In this document: positions 1 to 12,317 of the stretch, piece by piece | Numbering within the stretch: position 1 is the stretch's first letter | Layout: every line of letters begins with the position of its first letter | From: Lytechinus pictus | Taxonomy: Eukaryota | DNA length: 64,000 nucleotides | Assembly (NCBI RefSeq): GCF_037042905.1 | Contig: NC_087260.1 | Location: forward strand, 4,898,001-4,962,000 | Reading direction: 5' to 3' | Made by a program: the position numbers and the translations under genes | Notes under the pieces: generated by a model | What the model saw: only the letters and a program-made list of their open reading frames with translations | Database searches by the model: none | Told to the model about the DNA's origin: nothing

Positions 1-489
1 CATATCAACTCACGCGAAATGTTCGGCTGGAGAGGTTGATCTGACCCATGAAATCAATTGCCAGTGATACACCAATAATCCACATTAAATCTAATATCGA
101 TTCGATGGACTGTAATGATCGATATCTAAGCCTTCATTCAGTAAGTTTTTCCTCACTCAATATGTACTCGATTTGTTTGAAAAACCATTTTCTTATCCAT
201 GTCATAATCTATTTTAGGTCTGCATTTCGAATATCTCCAGCCATCAGTCGTAATATACATGCATGTATGGTGCGGGTGTCGCGGAAAAGGATTTTGCACA
301 CGAAAAGCAGATCTGTAGGGCCTGTAACCCCCCTGTAACACAAAGCTTAGCATTGATTGTAGAGCAGTTTTCTACGTTTGATTCTATTGACTATAATGCA
401 CAATCAATCTTAAAAATCAAGTGTATGATTAAGCGTTAACTTTTGTGTTAGGGGACCCTAATATTAGCGTCCGTGAGGATTGCGAAAGG

Positions 490-3400
490 TCCCAAGTGTC
501 GCATGTCAGCGACAGCAAGAGGAAGCGAGACATTCACTTCTGAAGATAGTCAGAGCTCTTAGGTTTCTAATCCGTTAGCAGAGGCGTCGATCCTGGGGGG
601 GGGGGCAGGGGGGGCGATCGCCCCACCAATGAAAATATTGGGGGGGGGGGCAAACATATCGTTTTGCCCCCCCCCCCCCAATAATTCCGCATGCATGTGC
701 AAAAATAAAATAAGATTGCAGTATTACACAGAAATCAGCAAGCGAGATTGAGATACACAACTCGTTCTTTATTTAAAATCGTGCTCAAAATGTCCTTTTT
801 TCAGATTGGAATATAAAAATGTTCAGCTCGCGCTTCGCGCTCGCATCATGTATGTACCAAAACCCATACTTTTCATGATTAATTAGGTGAACAGAATGTC
901 CCGTTCTCAGTTCTAAACCTAAAAAGAACTCACGCTCCGATTTGCAATAATCTTTTGTTGAATATATATCTTGTTCTTTATTAAAAACGTCCATTAACCT
1001 GTCAATTTTTTCAGATCGAAATATCAAAATTTTCAGCTCGCGCTTCGCGCTCGCATCTATTGTTATTTTAGATACCCATTCTAATCATTAGTACCAAAAA
1101 TGAATCTTTCAGGTCAGAATATAAAGAAATTTCAGCTCGCTCTCGTTACTCGCATTATCTGTGTAGTGAGATATGTATCCTCCACATGAGTTACTGCTAC
1201 AAACAGTCCTAAACAGGTACCATTCCTGTTTTCAGGTCAGCATTCTAAAAAATTTCAGCTCGCGCTTCGCGCTCGCATTAATTTGTTGGTGAGATATGTG
1301 TCCGAGTCTCTTAATTTCTCACATATATATATATAATAATTAGGCCTGTGTGTGTGTGTGGGTGAGTTTGTTTGGTGTGATCGAGCGCCTTTAGAACGAT
1401 TCATGATTTTGCCCCCCCAATCTGAAAAATGGATCGACGCCCCTGTCCGTTAGGTCTTGCTTTCAGAGGACACACGGAAGTTGATGGGAATTTCCATCAC
1501 CTTATGGAACTGCTAAGGGTAGATGACGATGGTCTAAGCAGTTACCTGAGACGCAAGACAAACTTCACATCCCCTAAAGCTCAAGAAGAAATAATTGATA
1601 TGCTCGCTCGGGAAGTCGTGACAAAGGTCGTCCATGGGATACAGGAGGATGGTCCGTTTGCAGTAATGGTCGATGGTACGCAGGACATCACATCAACTGA
1701 TCAAGAATCCATCTGCTTTCGCCATGTGGATGATGAGCTGCACATCAATGAAGACTTTGTTGGATTGTACGAACTACCAAACACGAAAGGGGAATGCATC
1801 GCGTCAGTGATCTTTGATGTTATGACAAGGCTGTCTCTGTCATCCCAACCTTAGGGCTCAAACATACGATGGGGCAGCGAACATGCAGGTTCCTTACAAC
1901 GGTTGCCAGGCTAAGGTAAAGGAATCACAACCTTTGGCTCTCCATTTCCACTGCGGAGCTCACATCTCCAACCTTGTGCTGCAACATGGAGTCGGTGCAT
2001 GTCCTATTATCCGTAACGCCGTGCAATGGGTCCACGAACTTGGAGTCCTTTTCAAGCGGTCTGGAAAGTACAAGGTAATTTTTATTTACCGTAATTTTCA
2101 ACAAATTTGCAATATTTTATCCTCATGATAATGACAGATTATAGATAACTATTCAAATCGTGTTCCACTGTGCTCCATTTATTTCAGAAATAAATATACA
2201 ATATAAATGAACAAAATAATCTTTTTAAAGTCTCAATTGTCATTATACATAGTATTTTTCTTTTTTTCCTTCTTTCAGGCTCTCTTCAAGGACATCGCGT
2301 TTGACGAATCGACACATGTGTCACAAGCTTCAATCCGTCCCCTTTGTCCTACCCGGTGGTTGTGTCGATTGCCAGCAATTGTCTCAGTGATGGACAACTA
2401 TGATGTCGTCATCGTCAGTTTACGAGAAATGTCAAAGTCTGGTAGCGGTGAAACATCAGTGAAAGCGAATGGTCTCCTCGACAGGTTTGACAAGGGTCAA
2501 ACTCTCCTTGGTCTACAAATGGCCATCAAGCACATTACCATTCTAGAGCAACTCAATTCTGCAATGCAAGCAAGATCCGCCAACGTATCAGGTGAGTCGC
2601 ATCCATTTTTAAATCATGTTATCAATGTTTTCATGGTTATGGGAACTGTACCTGTATGAAGGCTTCTCGGTTTTGTTTGTGCAGTTGTCTTTCTTTTCAT
2701 TTTCATATAAAATGATCATGCTTATGAATATAAACTGATTATATTTTGAATCGTAAGGAACAAATGCAAATTGACTAGGAAGTGTCAAGCAATCATTTAC
2801 CATGGTGACCGATTAAATTGATTTATGATTACTTTCTATCTATCTATTTATCTCTCTCTCTCTATCTATAATTTTGGTGTAATCATAATTTAACATATGT
2901 TTTTAAGAATATATAGATCTAATTCTCATACAATAATCAAGTCTTATCTCTCCCCATTTCTATAGGAATGCTTGAAGCAGCAAGAGTCACAACGAGAGAG
3001 ATTCGTGAAAGCCGGAATGATAATGCATTTCACACTGTATACCCGACAACGGAGCAGAAAGTGGAGGAGTATGACCTTGAAGCTCTTCAGCTACCACGAA
3101 GAAGACGAGTTCCCCAGCGACGTGCAGGTGAAGGAGAGCAGTACAAACCGGACAACCCTGAGGTGTACTTCCGACAGATGTATTTCCCCTTCCTAGATGA
3201 AATCATCATGCAACTTTGATCCATCAAAGTCTGGTTTGGAAGCTTATGTCCAGCTGGAGGAAGCATTGCTTGGCAAAAGAGAGGATCTGGATATTCTCAA
3301 GAGGTATATAAATGTCATCCTTTTACAATATACGGAGTGTCGGAGTATTATCCGTTCATGCTTTAAACAAGTATAATGTTTATTCATAATGTATTGTGGA

Positions 3401-3932
3401 TAACTGAAAAATACTATTAAATATTCAAAAATAGGTCGATTATCACATTATGTTGTTCATGCGTTTGTACTTTGTTTTATCATCTTTCAGCATCTTTTCT
3501 CAAACTAATCCTCACTGAGTAATTCTTGTATGCATTATTTTGTGTCATTAAAGATATCCGGAGATGAGTGCGAACATCCTTGCGATACAACTGCCGATGT
3601 TTCTGCAAATAACAGGGGCGTCATCACTTCACGAGGCCGTGGAAGCATACAGGAAGATGGTCCCGGAGGTCCGAGCACTGTTTCCCGAGGTGAAGACCCT
3701 CATGAAGCTTCTTCTTGTTTGTCCAGTGTCTTCCAGCGAATGTGAGAGAAGTTTCTTTACCTTTCGCCGGTTAAAGTCATGGCTTCGGAATACAATGACA
3801 TAACGAAGACTCAACGCCCTAGCGGTTTGCAATGTTCACTGTGGCATCCTTGACGAAGTCAACATCGAAGAAGTGGCCAAAGAATTTGCAGCCAGATCTG
3901 ACATCAGGAAGAACATTTATGGCAATTTCTAA
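490..3932 (+). pseudogene. hAT-family transposase pseudogene (DUF4371-like region + hATC dimerisation domain) with 3 spliceosomal introns
   Basis: Motifs RFLIR-GLAFRGH, MVDGTQD, TYDGAANM, HCGAHISNL, LCPTRW, CPVSSSECERSF, RLNALAV. Exons ~490-578/1454-2074, 2279-2591, 2966-3303, 3554-3932 with in-phase GT-AG introns. Frameshifts near 1850 and 3217, stop at 3801-3803, MITE inserted at 578. Confidence 0.9.
579..1445. mobile_element. Non-autonomous hAT element inserted in the transposase
   Basis: TIR CAGAGGCGTCGATCC / GGATCGACGCCCCTG; perfect 8-bp TSD TCCGTTAG (571-578, 1446-1453); internal GCTCGCGCTTCGCGCTCGCA repeats. Confidence 0.93.
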
Positions 3933-3989
3933 TCGTACAAAGTAAGAGGATTTCGTACAAGTTGAGTTGATTTACACTGTATCACATTG

Positions 3990-4350
3990 TTATTGTAATT
4001 ATTGATATTATCATTATTAGTTTTATTAATACTGTTATTATCATACTATAAGAATCATTGTCATTATTGTTCTTATTTATAGCATTATTATTACTCTCTA
4101 TCACTATTATTCTTTTAACCATCATAATCATTATTTTTTTATTATTATCATAGNNNNNNNNNNNNNNNNNNNNNNNNNNNNNNNNNNNNNNNNNNNNNNN
4201 NNNNNNNNNNNNNNNNNNNNNNNNNNNNNNNNNNNNNNNNNNNNNNNNNNNNNNNNNNNNNNNNNNNNNNNNNNNNNNNNNNNNNNNNNNTTATCATCAT
4301 TACATAATTATTATTAATATTATTATTATTATTATTATTATCATTATTAT
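3990..4350. repeat. (ATT)n/(ATC)n simple repeat around an N run (4154-4290)
   Basis: Directly visible. Confidence 0.9.
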
Positions 4351-4712
4351 GAGTTAGGAAGAATATTATCCCCTTGTTTTGTTAATTATTTTTTTGTTCT
4401 TTCACTGTTGTTATTTTACTATTATTACACTTTATCGATGAGATTATCCAGCAGTATTATCATGGTGATTATCATGACGTGTTTTGTTTTTTGCCAGAGA
4501 ATGTACATATAGACCTATTATTAAAGCACCACTGTCTGAAAGTAGGAAGTTATATATTGTTTTATATATCGTGTTCATGACTCTCCTTTGATTAATAGTG
4601 TAGACTGATGCATCATTTCATTTGAATAAACTTAGTGATTTGTGAATGTTGATGACATGTGTATATGTGCGTGAGAGAGAGAGAGTGTATGTGTATGTGA
4701 GAGAGAGAGAGG

Positions 4713-4746
<34 letters not shown>

Positions 4747-5004
4747 AATATGCGTGATGGATGTGTGGACATTCGTTAGCTTGAAGTGGATGATTTATTC
4801 ATGAATTAATTTTGAATGTAATCTCTAATAAAACCATTAAACCATCATGGGGTAAAAAAGATAACATTGGAGGGGTATTTGCCATATGGATATAACAATG
4901 ACAATACCTTGCATATCTAAAAACATGATTGCAAAAAAGGCAATATATTTCAATCATCCCCCACCCATCAACACGGATTTACGCCAGTGGGTACATGTAC
5001 GCTA

Positions 5005-5192
5005 GTGTTCGTAATTCCGAAGCTTCGTTATTCCGAAGGATCGTTAGTCCAAAGGTTCGTATTTCCGAAGGTTCGTAATTCCGAAGGTTCGTTTATCCGA
5101 AAACGAAATGATTAACGAACCTTATTTCGTTTTCGGACTAACGAACCTTCGGAACAACGAGCCTTATTTCGTTTTCGGATTAACGAACCTTA
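5005..5192. repeat. Partial copy of the GTTCGTAATTCCGAAG-repeat MITE family (full copy at 59508-59960)
   Basis: Tandem and inverted 15-16-mers identical in motif to the 59.5-kb element. Confidence 0.75.
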
Positions 5193-6109
5193 TTGAACCG
5201 AATGAATGAGTAAAAGTTTTATTTCGTGCCTTGGCATTGTAATATTTTCAAAAGTTATGCAATAGGCCTATCGTCACTCTGGAATGATCAGGTACGCATT
5301 GGCTTCATGCGTAGGGGGGATACCCATTTTCTCCTCCTCATTATCACCTATTAATAAACAGGAAATGACTCATGCATCGTCATGATGATGCCATATTCGT
5401 TTTTAGATCTGACGTCACAATTACATCATGCATAGTCATGATGATGTCATATCCGTATTTAGGTATGACGTCATTGTGGAGCAACCTTGCTCCACCGGGG
5501 ACCCGAGGGGTACCTATATATATACTACTGATAGCAAATAACGAAGTTATTGAATTTTAAAATTTAGCAATATTTTGTCATGTTTGTGAAAACAGTTATA
5601 TGCGCATCGTCATAAATATTCATTTAGTGGGCTGATGATGTTACATCCCCACTTTTTTATTGGTTTTTGCAACATTTTTTCATAACAAAACTCTGGACAA
5701 GAAAATACATATCTGAAATTTGACATCAAGATAATGAACAATAGTTTTCTATATAAATCATCAAATATATCTTACATAAATGAAAAATATTAAGTGGTAT
5801 TTCCTGTTACACAATATATAGGATGGTTGCAAGGGTCGTCACAAAAGCAAAGCTTGAAAACGTAACTTTCTCTTTTCTTATGTTATTACATGAAATCATA
5901 ATTGTTTCATTATTTCATACATGTGTGAATGATATGTCTCCCTGATGATGAAATAAGTTGCAGCAAAGAATATCTAATAATGAAGTTATTGAATTTTAAA
6001 ATTTAGCAATATTTTGTGAAAAACAGTTATATGCGCGTTGTCATGAATACTCATTAGATGGGCTGATTATGTTACATCCCCACTTTCCCTTTTCTTATGC
6101 TATTACATG

Positions 6110-7955
6110 TGTCACATGGGCGGACTCCAAATAAAATTCAAGTAAAACTCATTGTGTACCAAATCACTATTTACAATTTATTTCAGTATACAAAACTCCA
6201 ATATCAAAACACCTCGCTTGGAAGTTCAATATTGTCCAACTTATGAAGTTTAAAAGGGAAATAAAACTGTAACACCTCTAAATGATAAAGTATCCTGAAA
6301 AGTACTCTGATTCACAAGTTAACAATCAAAGGATTCTGCATTGATCCAAGCCATAATATTCAACTCTCGATCTGTCTCTAACTCCAATATAACTGAAAAG
6401 ATCCTGCACTGATCTAATCACCAACTTCAACGTTCAGTGTATTACATTTTCACCTGCAAAATTACCTCCAAAAATATCAATTAAGCCTTTAACTTTGTTT
6501 CATTTTTTTTCACAATAACGACTACCAAAAATTCCTACGAAAGGATCCTGCATTAATCCACCTTCATAGAATTCTATTCTCACCACTTTGTATCTCTTAT
6601 CACAACATTTTTGTGAATACATTTAAAAATCCTTCTAACTCCTGAACTTGAGCTTAAAAAAAAGTATGCACCTAAATTCTAGCTCAAAACTCTGTTAATC
6701 GACATCATATCTTACACGGCTTCAAATTCGAATAAACTCTTCTCACTATCAAACTGTTCATGTTCTGTCATCTTCATAATCAATGTCTTTGCAAGACTTT
6801 CTGGTATTTAGAAAGCTAGTTTCAAATTTAACGAAAAGTCTCCTGCTTTCTCTCTCACTGCTATTTACAACTCATCTGTCAGGTGACATGTTGACCGAAA
6901 ACCTCCAGATTCAGCACTTTATAATGTTCAGCTTAAAACAATTCACAAGTCTCCAAAGCGACCCGGTCTTGGGAAATGTCCCGATCCTGGAAATTATCCG
7001 GTCTTGGAATATATCCTGATCTTAGAACCATCTAAGAACTATCTTAGAACCATCTGAGACAAAACCAAGAATCTCTCTACGATATATCTTAACAGTAACA
7101 TCAACTGGAGGTTTTCATGTCATACTATAATTAATAAAAACTTGTTTGAACATTTACTCTGAGGGTCAAATCACATTCAAGAATATTGTTTTATAAAGTA
7201 TGAATTCACTGTCACATAAACTTGTAGAATGACATCCTTTTATGATACTTATATTCTTCCTCACAACAAGTGTTTAACTATTTCGTAAGGTGTATAAAGA
7301 TTTACATCTACATTTCAAATCATCTCTGAAGTCTTTCAATTTTTTTTTTCTTTTCGATTTTATAAAAGAATTAAGAAGAAATCACAGATTAACTTACCGA
7401 TGGCTTCTTCAATACAGGCATAAAAATAACAGCATAAATTCAGCTAAATCTGACCTCAAACAGGTATCTAAAAGTTCCAGCCAATATCAAACACGAAAGG
7501 CTGCTTTTCTGTTTAAAGTTGAAATTCAAAAATTATCAAGATGGCAGCTAAAATGGCGACTGCCCCAAAATTGCATAGGTGTGTGTTACACAAAGTCTCC
7601 AAGATGCAATGCCAGAAAACTAGTGGAAAGCTACTGGGGTCTCCTCCCAATTTTACAATTTCCCCAAAAGTATCTTAACCAGCTGTTAAAAAGAAAGGCT
7701 CACTGAGCTCACTAAAAGGGACCTATACAAGTCTACATGCACCCTGGACACAACACACAATAGATATGCAAATTATCTCAATTCAATTCTAGCAAAAAGA
7801 ATCTCACACACACTTCTCTCATCTCCTACTCACTCTTGCATAAGATCTACTCCTTGTCTCTTAGCAACCTGGCTGTGGAGTGAAACTTAAATAAAATAAG
7901 CAAGCTTTGCTGAGGAAAATAAATAAAATGAAATAAATGCATTTTCAATGTGACA
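6110..7955. mobile_element. Solo LTR (~1.85 kb)
   Basis: Termini TGTCACA...TGTGACA, 5-bp TSD ACATG (6105-6109, 7956-7960); empty-site paralog TATTACATGAAATCATAATT at ~5885. Confidence 0.85.
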
Positions 7956-8239
7956 ACATGAAATCATAATTGTTTAATTATTTCATACATGTGGGAATGA
8001 TATGTCTCCCTTATAATGAAATAAGTTGCAGCAAAGAATATATGATGCACCAAATCAGTTGTTAATCCATTTTTTAGTTCTTGGAGGAAATATCTGTATA
8101 AACCTAATTTCATATAATAAAATACAAAGAACAAGTGGCGATATGACATCGTTTGCTCATTGAACATTCATGAAGAAATGCTTAGAACTGTTTCCCCGGA
8201 AAAATGCAAAACTTTTAAAATGTTATAACTTTGTTATAC

Positions 8240-8555
8240 CAGAATGCTACGTTCAAGTAAAAAGTCATTAGTACAGGTCCCACATCCTGTGACAAAGTCA
8301 TATGGGGAAAGATCATGTTCACATACAGCTGCTATTTTATGGAATAATCTGCCAGAATATCTCATAAATATACAACCATATGAACAGTTTAGAAATAGCT
8401 TGAAAACACATTTATTCGCCATTTTGTAAACAATTAATGTAAGAACCCAGTGCTCTCCCCTCCATCTCCACTCCTTTTGTAAAAAACGCTTAGAGACATG
8501 CAACTTTGCTTATATATTTTGCGCTATACAAAAACGTTTCATTATTATTATTATT
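8240..8555 (+). mobile_element. L2-type LINE 3' fragment
   Basis: LRSS...YGERSCSHTAAILWNNLP...LKTHLF is a typical L2 ORF2 C-terminus, followed by an (ATT)n tail. Confidence 0.75.
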
Positions 8556-8824
8556 TGTTATTCCTTGTCCGATTTTGATCCAATTATAAGTCTTTCGTTT
8601 GTCTGAATACCTCTATCTGTTCAAATCATATCAGCTTCACCATGGAGTACCCCTTCAATTTGTACTCGATTTGTTTGAAAAATATCCATGTCATAATACA
8701 CCATGTATCTGCAGCTCAGCGGCCGGAGTACAGTCTCGGGGTCAGGCGGGCATGCTGTGATGAGCAGACGTGCGTATACATGAAAGCGCGAGATTTCTAA
8801 CATCACAACTTGCGAATGGCACGC

Positions 8825-9264
8825 ACGGAGCCTTTAAAGTGCCATCGACTTGACGACTTGGTGAGATACTTTATATTGCCATGTCGACATAATAACCTTA
8901 TTATGTCGACATGGCGAGATACAACATAAGTTGACTTATAGAAATTTACATGTCGACATGGTGAGATACGTTATCTCGCCAAGTCGACTTATAAAAAGGT
9001 ATATGTCGACATGGCGAGATACGTTCTCTTGCCAAGTTGACTTACAAAACATGGCGAGATATGAAGTGTCCAAGGCCCGGCGAGAGTCCAAATATCTCGC
9101 CACGTTGACTTTATAAGTCGACTTGGCTAGATAAAATATCTCGCCATGTTGACATAAAACTTTTCAAAAGTCAACTTGGCAAGATAACGCATCTCGCCAT
9201 GTCGACATGGCAAGACAAAGTATCTCGTCAAGTCGTCGAGTCGATGGCACTTTAAAGGCTCCGT
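8825..9264. mobile_element. Palindromic MITE with long TIRs and internal GTCGACATGGCGAGATA repeats
   Basis: ACGGAGCCTTTAAAGTGCCATCGACT / AGTCGATGGCACTTTAAAGGCTCCGT; absent from the paralogous segment at 150-360. Confidence 0.85.
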
Positions 9265-9667
9265 AGGCATGCATGGTGTCGCATGAAAGAAATCTGCACA
9301 CGAATCGTATATCTATGGCCTTTCACACAAAAACTTAGCAATGATTGTGTACGATTAATCGTAATTTAATTTCTTGCTAAAGAAAATTCACGCCGTGGCT
9401 GGGATTCGAACCCTTGCCCCTCTATTTCAAGGTCCGACTTGTTGAAGATGTGACGAGCTGTCAGAAAATGATTATTTGTTGGTGCTGTTAACTTTCATAA
9501 AATGGACCCATACCACATATTCGGGTGAATTTAACGACTTTAACGACTGAAAGGTTGTAATATGTCACCTTGGCATTATGTCAACCTCACCCTCAAGCAT
9601 AATAATGTGCATAAAGACTTACCAACCTAACCAGCTAAAACATGTCATTTGATTCGTAATCATGCAG

Positions 9668-9908
9668 ATCTTTGAGAAAGTTCCCCAGCATTTCCTCAGC
9701 AACTTCAAGAATCCATGTTGGGTACGAAACGGTACGGAACTCAACTGTCTTCCTTACTTTTATGTGATTGGTATGTATAAATGTGGCACGACTGATGTCT
9801 GGTCAAAGATCGTTGCCCATCCTGATGTTGTCGACGTCCCCAAGGAGCCACACTGGTGGGGCCCTCGTCGCCATGGTTTTACCGGAACACCTATTCATAG
9901 GCATGAAG
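9668..9908 (+). CDS. CHST15-like (GalNAc4S-6ST family) sulfotransferase, first visible coding exon (5'-PAPS-binding loop)
   Basis: CAG acceptor, GTAATT donor; KNPCW...CLPYFYVIGMYKCGTTDVW...KEPHWW. Confidence 0.92.
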
Positions 9909-9938
9909 GTAATTAAAAGTACTTTTTTTTTTCTTTTA

Positions 9939-10462
9939 GGAGCCCGTTTCATAAAGCTGTTCGTAAGTTACGAATGACTTTACGCACGACTGATGACCAT
10001 TTCGTGATTATAAATGATATCCCTATATAACTGAATTAGCGCCTAAGAACAGGTTCCAGTCATGCGTTTAGTTGTGCGTTACATTACGAACAGCTTTATG
10101 AAACTCACCCAGGTTTGGAAACCGTTGATCTATTTTACAAACTGCACCTACACGAAAGAGTTTTCGTTTCCAGGATCGACGCATGACGGATTCACGAACA
10201 CAGAAAATGTATTGTCAAAATGGCCTTCATGACAATCAACAACCAAAGAGTGTTTGTCGGAAATTTTGTGAATCAAAGAAAAGGTTTCTTCCAGGTGTTT
10301 CATAAAGCTGTTCGTAAGTTAAGAGCAACTTTAAGAACGACTGGTGATCCTTTTTATGGCAAATGGTATATTCATTAGCGATGGTTTTGCGCGTAAGAAA
10401 GGATCACCAGTCGTTCTTAAAGTCGCTCTTAACTTACGAACAGCTTTATGAAACGGCCCCCT
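9939..10462. mobile_element. Two Harbinger-like palindromic MITEs (~9939-10110, ~10292-10462)
   Basis: TIRs GTTTCATAAAGCTGTTCGTAA / TTACGAACAGCTTTATGAAAC in both copies. Confidence 0.75.
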
Positions 10463-10693
10463 GGACTCTAGACAAAACGACATAGGGGCCTAATTATTTG
10501 CAAATATTTGGTAGCTACAAAACTGCTGTTCCGGTTTACCAGTGATCGAGAAAGACCTCCAAGCGGTTCTGTGTCGTTTGATGGGCATTTAAAAAAAATA
10601 CATTTGTACTGTCTTTATTCCGTTCTGCCTCGCGATGCGAAAACTCCCTACTTACGGGTAACAACATACAGACCCTGATCTCTTTACCATATG

Positions 10694-11497
10694 AAGAGTT
10701 TTATCATATTCCAAAAGGAGCTAAATCCACTTTTGGAGTTTTCCTGTAAATCAAGGTTTTTATATTCACCACTTACCCCTTTCCACGTTTTTTTTTATTT
10801 TGATATATATGATAGTGGTATCCTCTTGAATTAATTAAATCATTTTGTTTTTATTTAGCATTCAATACAAATTTCAAAGCCTTTTTGGGGATGGATTTAG
10901 CTCCTTTTGGAATAAAACCTTAGTTGAATGTCCATTTTTGCCCATTAAAACATCTGTAGTATTGGAAATTGTACACGAGACATATAAATATTGTTAGCAG
11001 GGTATATTTTACATCATATCTGATGTTTATCTATTGGAAATTTTAAGAAGAAAAAAGAGATATTTTTCATCTTTCCTAAGGACAGTGAATTTTCTCTGTT
11101 TTATTCCCAAATTCAGCTAAATCCACAAAATATTCATAAATTTGTAAAATTCGGTTATTTTCATCAAAATTTGCACAAATGGTGTAAACTTGTGTCCACA
11201 ACATGTACCTAAAAATTGAATGCATAACTTTATGTCAAGTAGTAACATTAACAAATTTTAAATGACCCAGCAGTGTATATTTAGCTCCTTTTGGAATAAA
11301 ACTGTTTTGGATTTAGCTCCTTTTGGAATAAAACTCATATTTGCAATAAATTTTTTACCAACCTCCCAGGGTTTTTTATTTTCTTTTGAAATGCGATATG
11401 ATGCATTAGATTCCCACGCCGAAGATGCATATATTTATATATAAAAAAAGCAATTTTGGTTAAAAGTGGATTTAGCCCCTTTTGGAATCAAGCTCTT
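10694..11497. mobile_element. Non-autonomous TIR element
   Basis: ATTCCAAAAGGAGCTAAATCCACTTT / AAAGTGGATTTAGCCCCTTTTGGAAT, motif reiterated internally; TSD not resolved. Confidence 0.65.
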
Positions 11498-12015
11498 ATT
11501 ATGTTCCAAAACTATAAGGGCCTTGAAAACTTAGTTTTAGTAGCTAAGATACGCTTTGTCACGTGGATTTGAATATGAATATCCTTTTAAAGAAGGGCAT
11601 AAGTCACCTGCATTGCAAACTTATAGACTAGATTCTTATTTCTTTCCTTTTCCTTTTTTTTTTGCTGTAATAATACTAAAAAGTGTCATAAGTTTGTAAA
11701 TGCTTGTGCTATGCTCATAAATACTGTTACGATCGCCATACGAATAATTTTTATACATAGCAATGAATGGTATAAAATCGTATGGTGATCATAAAGGTAT
11801 TTGTGGATGTGACATTTTGCATACTAACCAGGTTGTGCGTAATATATATAGATTTTATTGTGAAATCAAGTAAGACTTTAGAATGTCATAACTTTATATT
11901 TTATCATCCAAGTTTGTTGAACTTTTCAATATTAGGCTTGTTGAATTTCAGCCTTACTTTTCTTGTATTCAAATCATTTTTTTTCGGGGTTGAATTGACC
12001 TTTAACATTTTGCAG

Positions 12016-12162
12016 TGCTGGCCATGCGGAAGATAACTGGAGGGGTAGATGATAGTTCGTTGGAATGGTATCTTAATCTTTACAAATCAACTGGAGTTTC
12101 GAAATTAATCAACAATAGAGTTTCAACGGCAGAAGGAGTACCTTATCATCCAAAGATTTTCG
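12016..12162 (+). CDS. CHST15-like sulfotransferase exon 2 (visible)
   Basis: TGCAG acceptor, phase 1-1, VLAMRKITGG...SLEWYLNLY...YHPKIFG. Confidence 0.85.
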
Positions 12163-12317
12163 GTATTAAGACATTCAATTTCTCGTTATTTAGACATCTC
12201 TTTGAAGAGAATGAAACCCTTGGATTAAACAATTTGAATTCATATAAACTCAATGAAAGTTTGAGGAAGATTGAATAAATAATAATAAGTTTTGAGCGTG
12301 TCAATATTGAGATCACT

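Larger units (their letters stand above)
468..4989 (+). mobile_element. Defective hAT (Tip100/ZMYM1-like transposase) DNA transposon, left end not visible
   Basis: Contains the transposase exons below; right terminus ...GGATTTACGCCAGTG (ends 4989) reads CACTGGCGTAAA on the reverse strand, a hAT-type TIR. Confidence 0.7.
5530..8657. mobile_element. Kolobok-like non-autonomous repeat with internal duplication, interrupted by a solo LTR and an L2 fragment
   Basis: Right end ...CCATGGAGTACCCCTTCAA resembles the reverse complement of TTAAAGGGGTATCC at 25041; shares GAAGTTATTGAATTTT...TAGCAATATT with 25144-25175. Confidence 0.5.

Noticed and set aside
48-146. ORF start MKSIASD...LHS followed by a phase-0 GTAAGT donor, as the missing first sulfotransferase exon
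   Set aside because: No hydrophobic signal anchor and an in-frame stop just upstream; cannot be supported without transcripts
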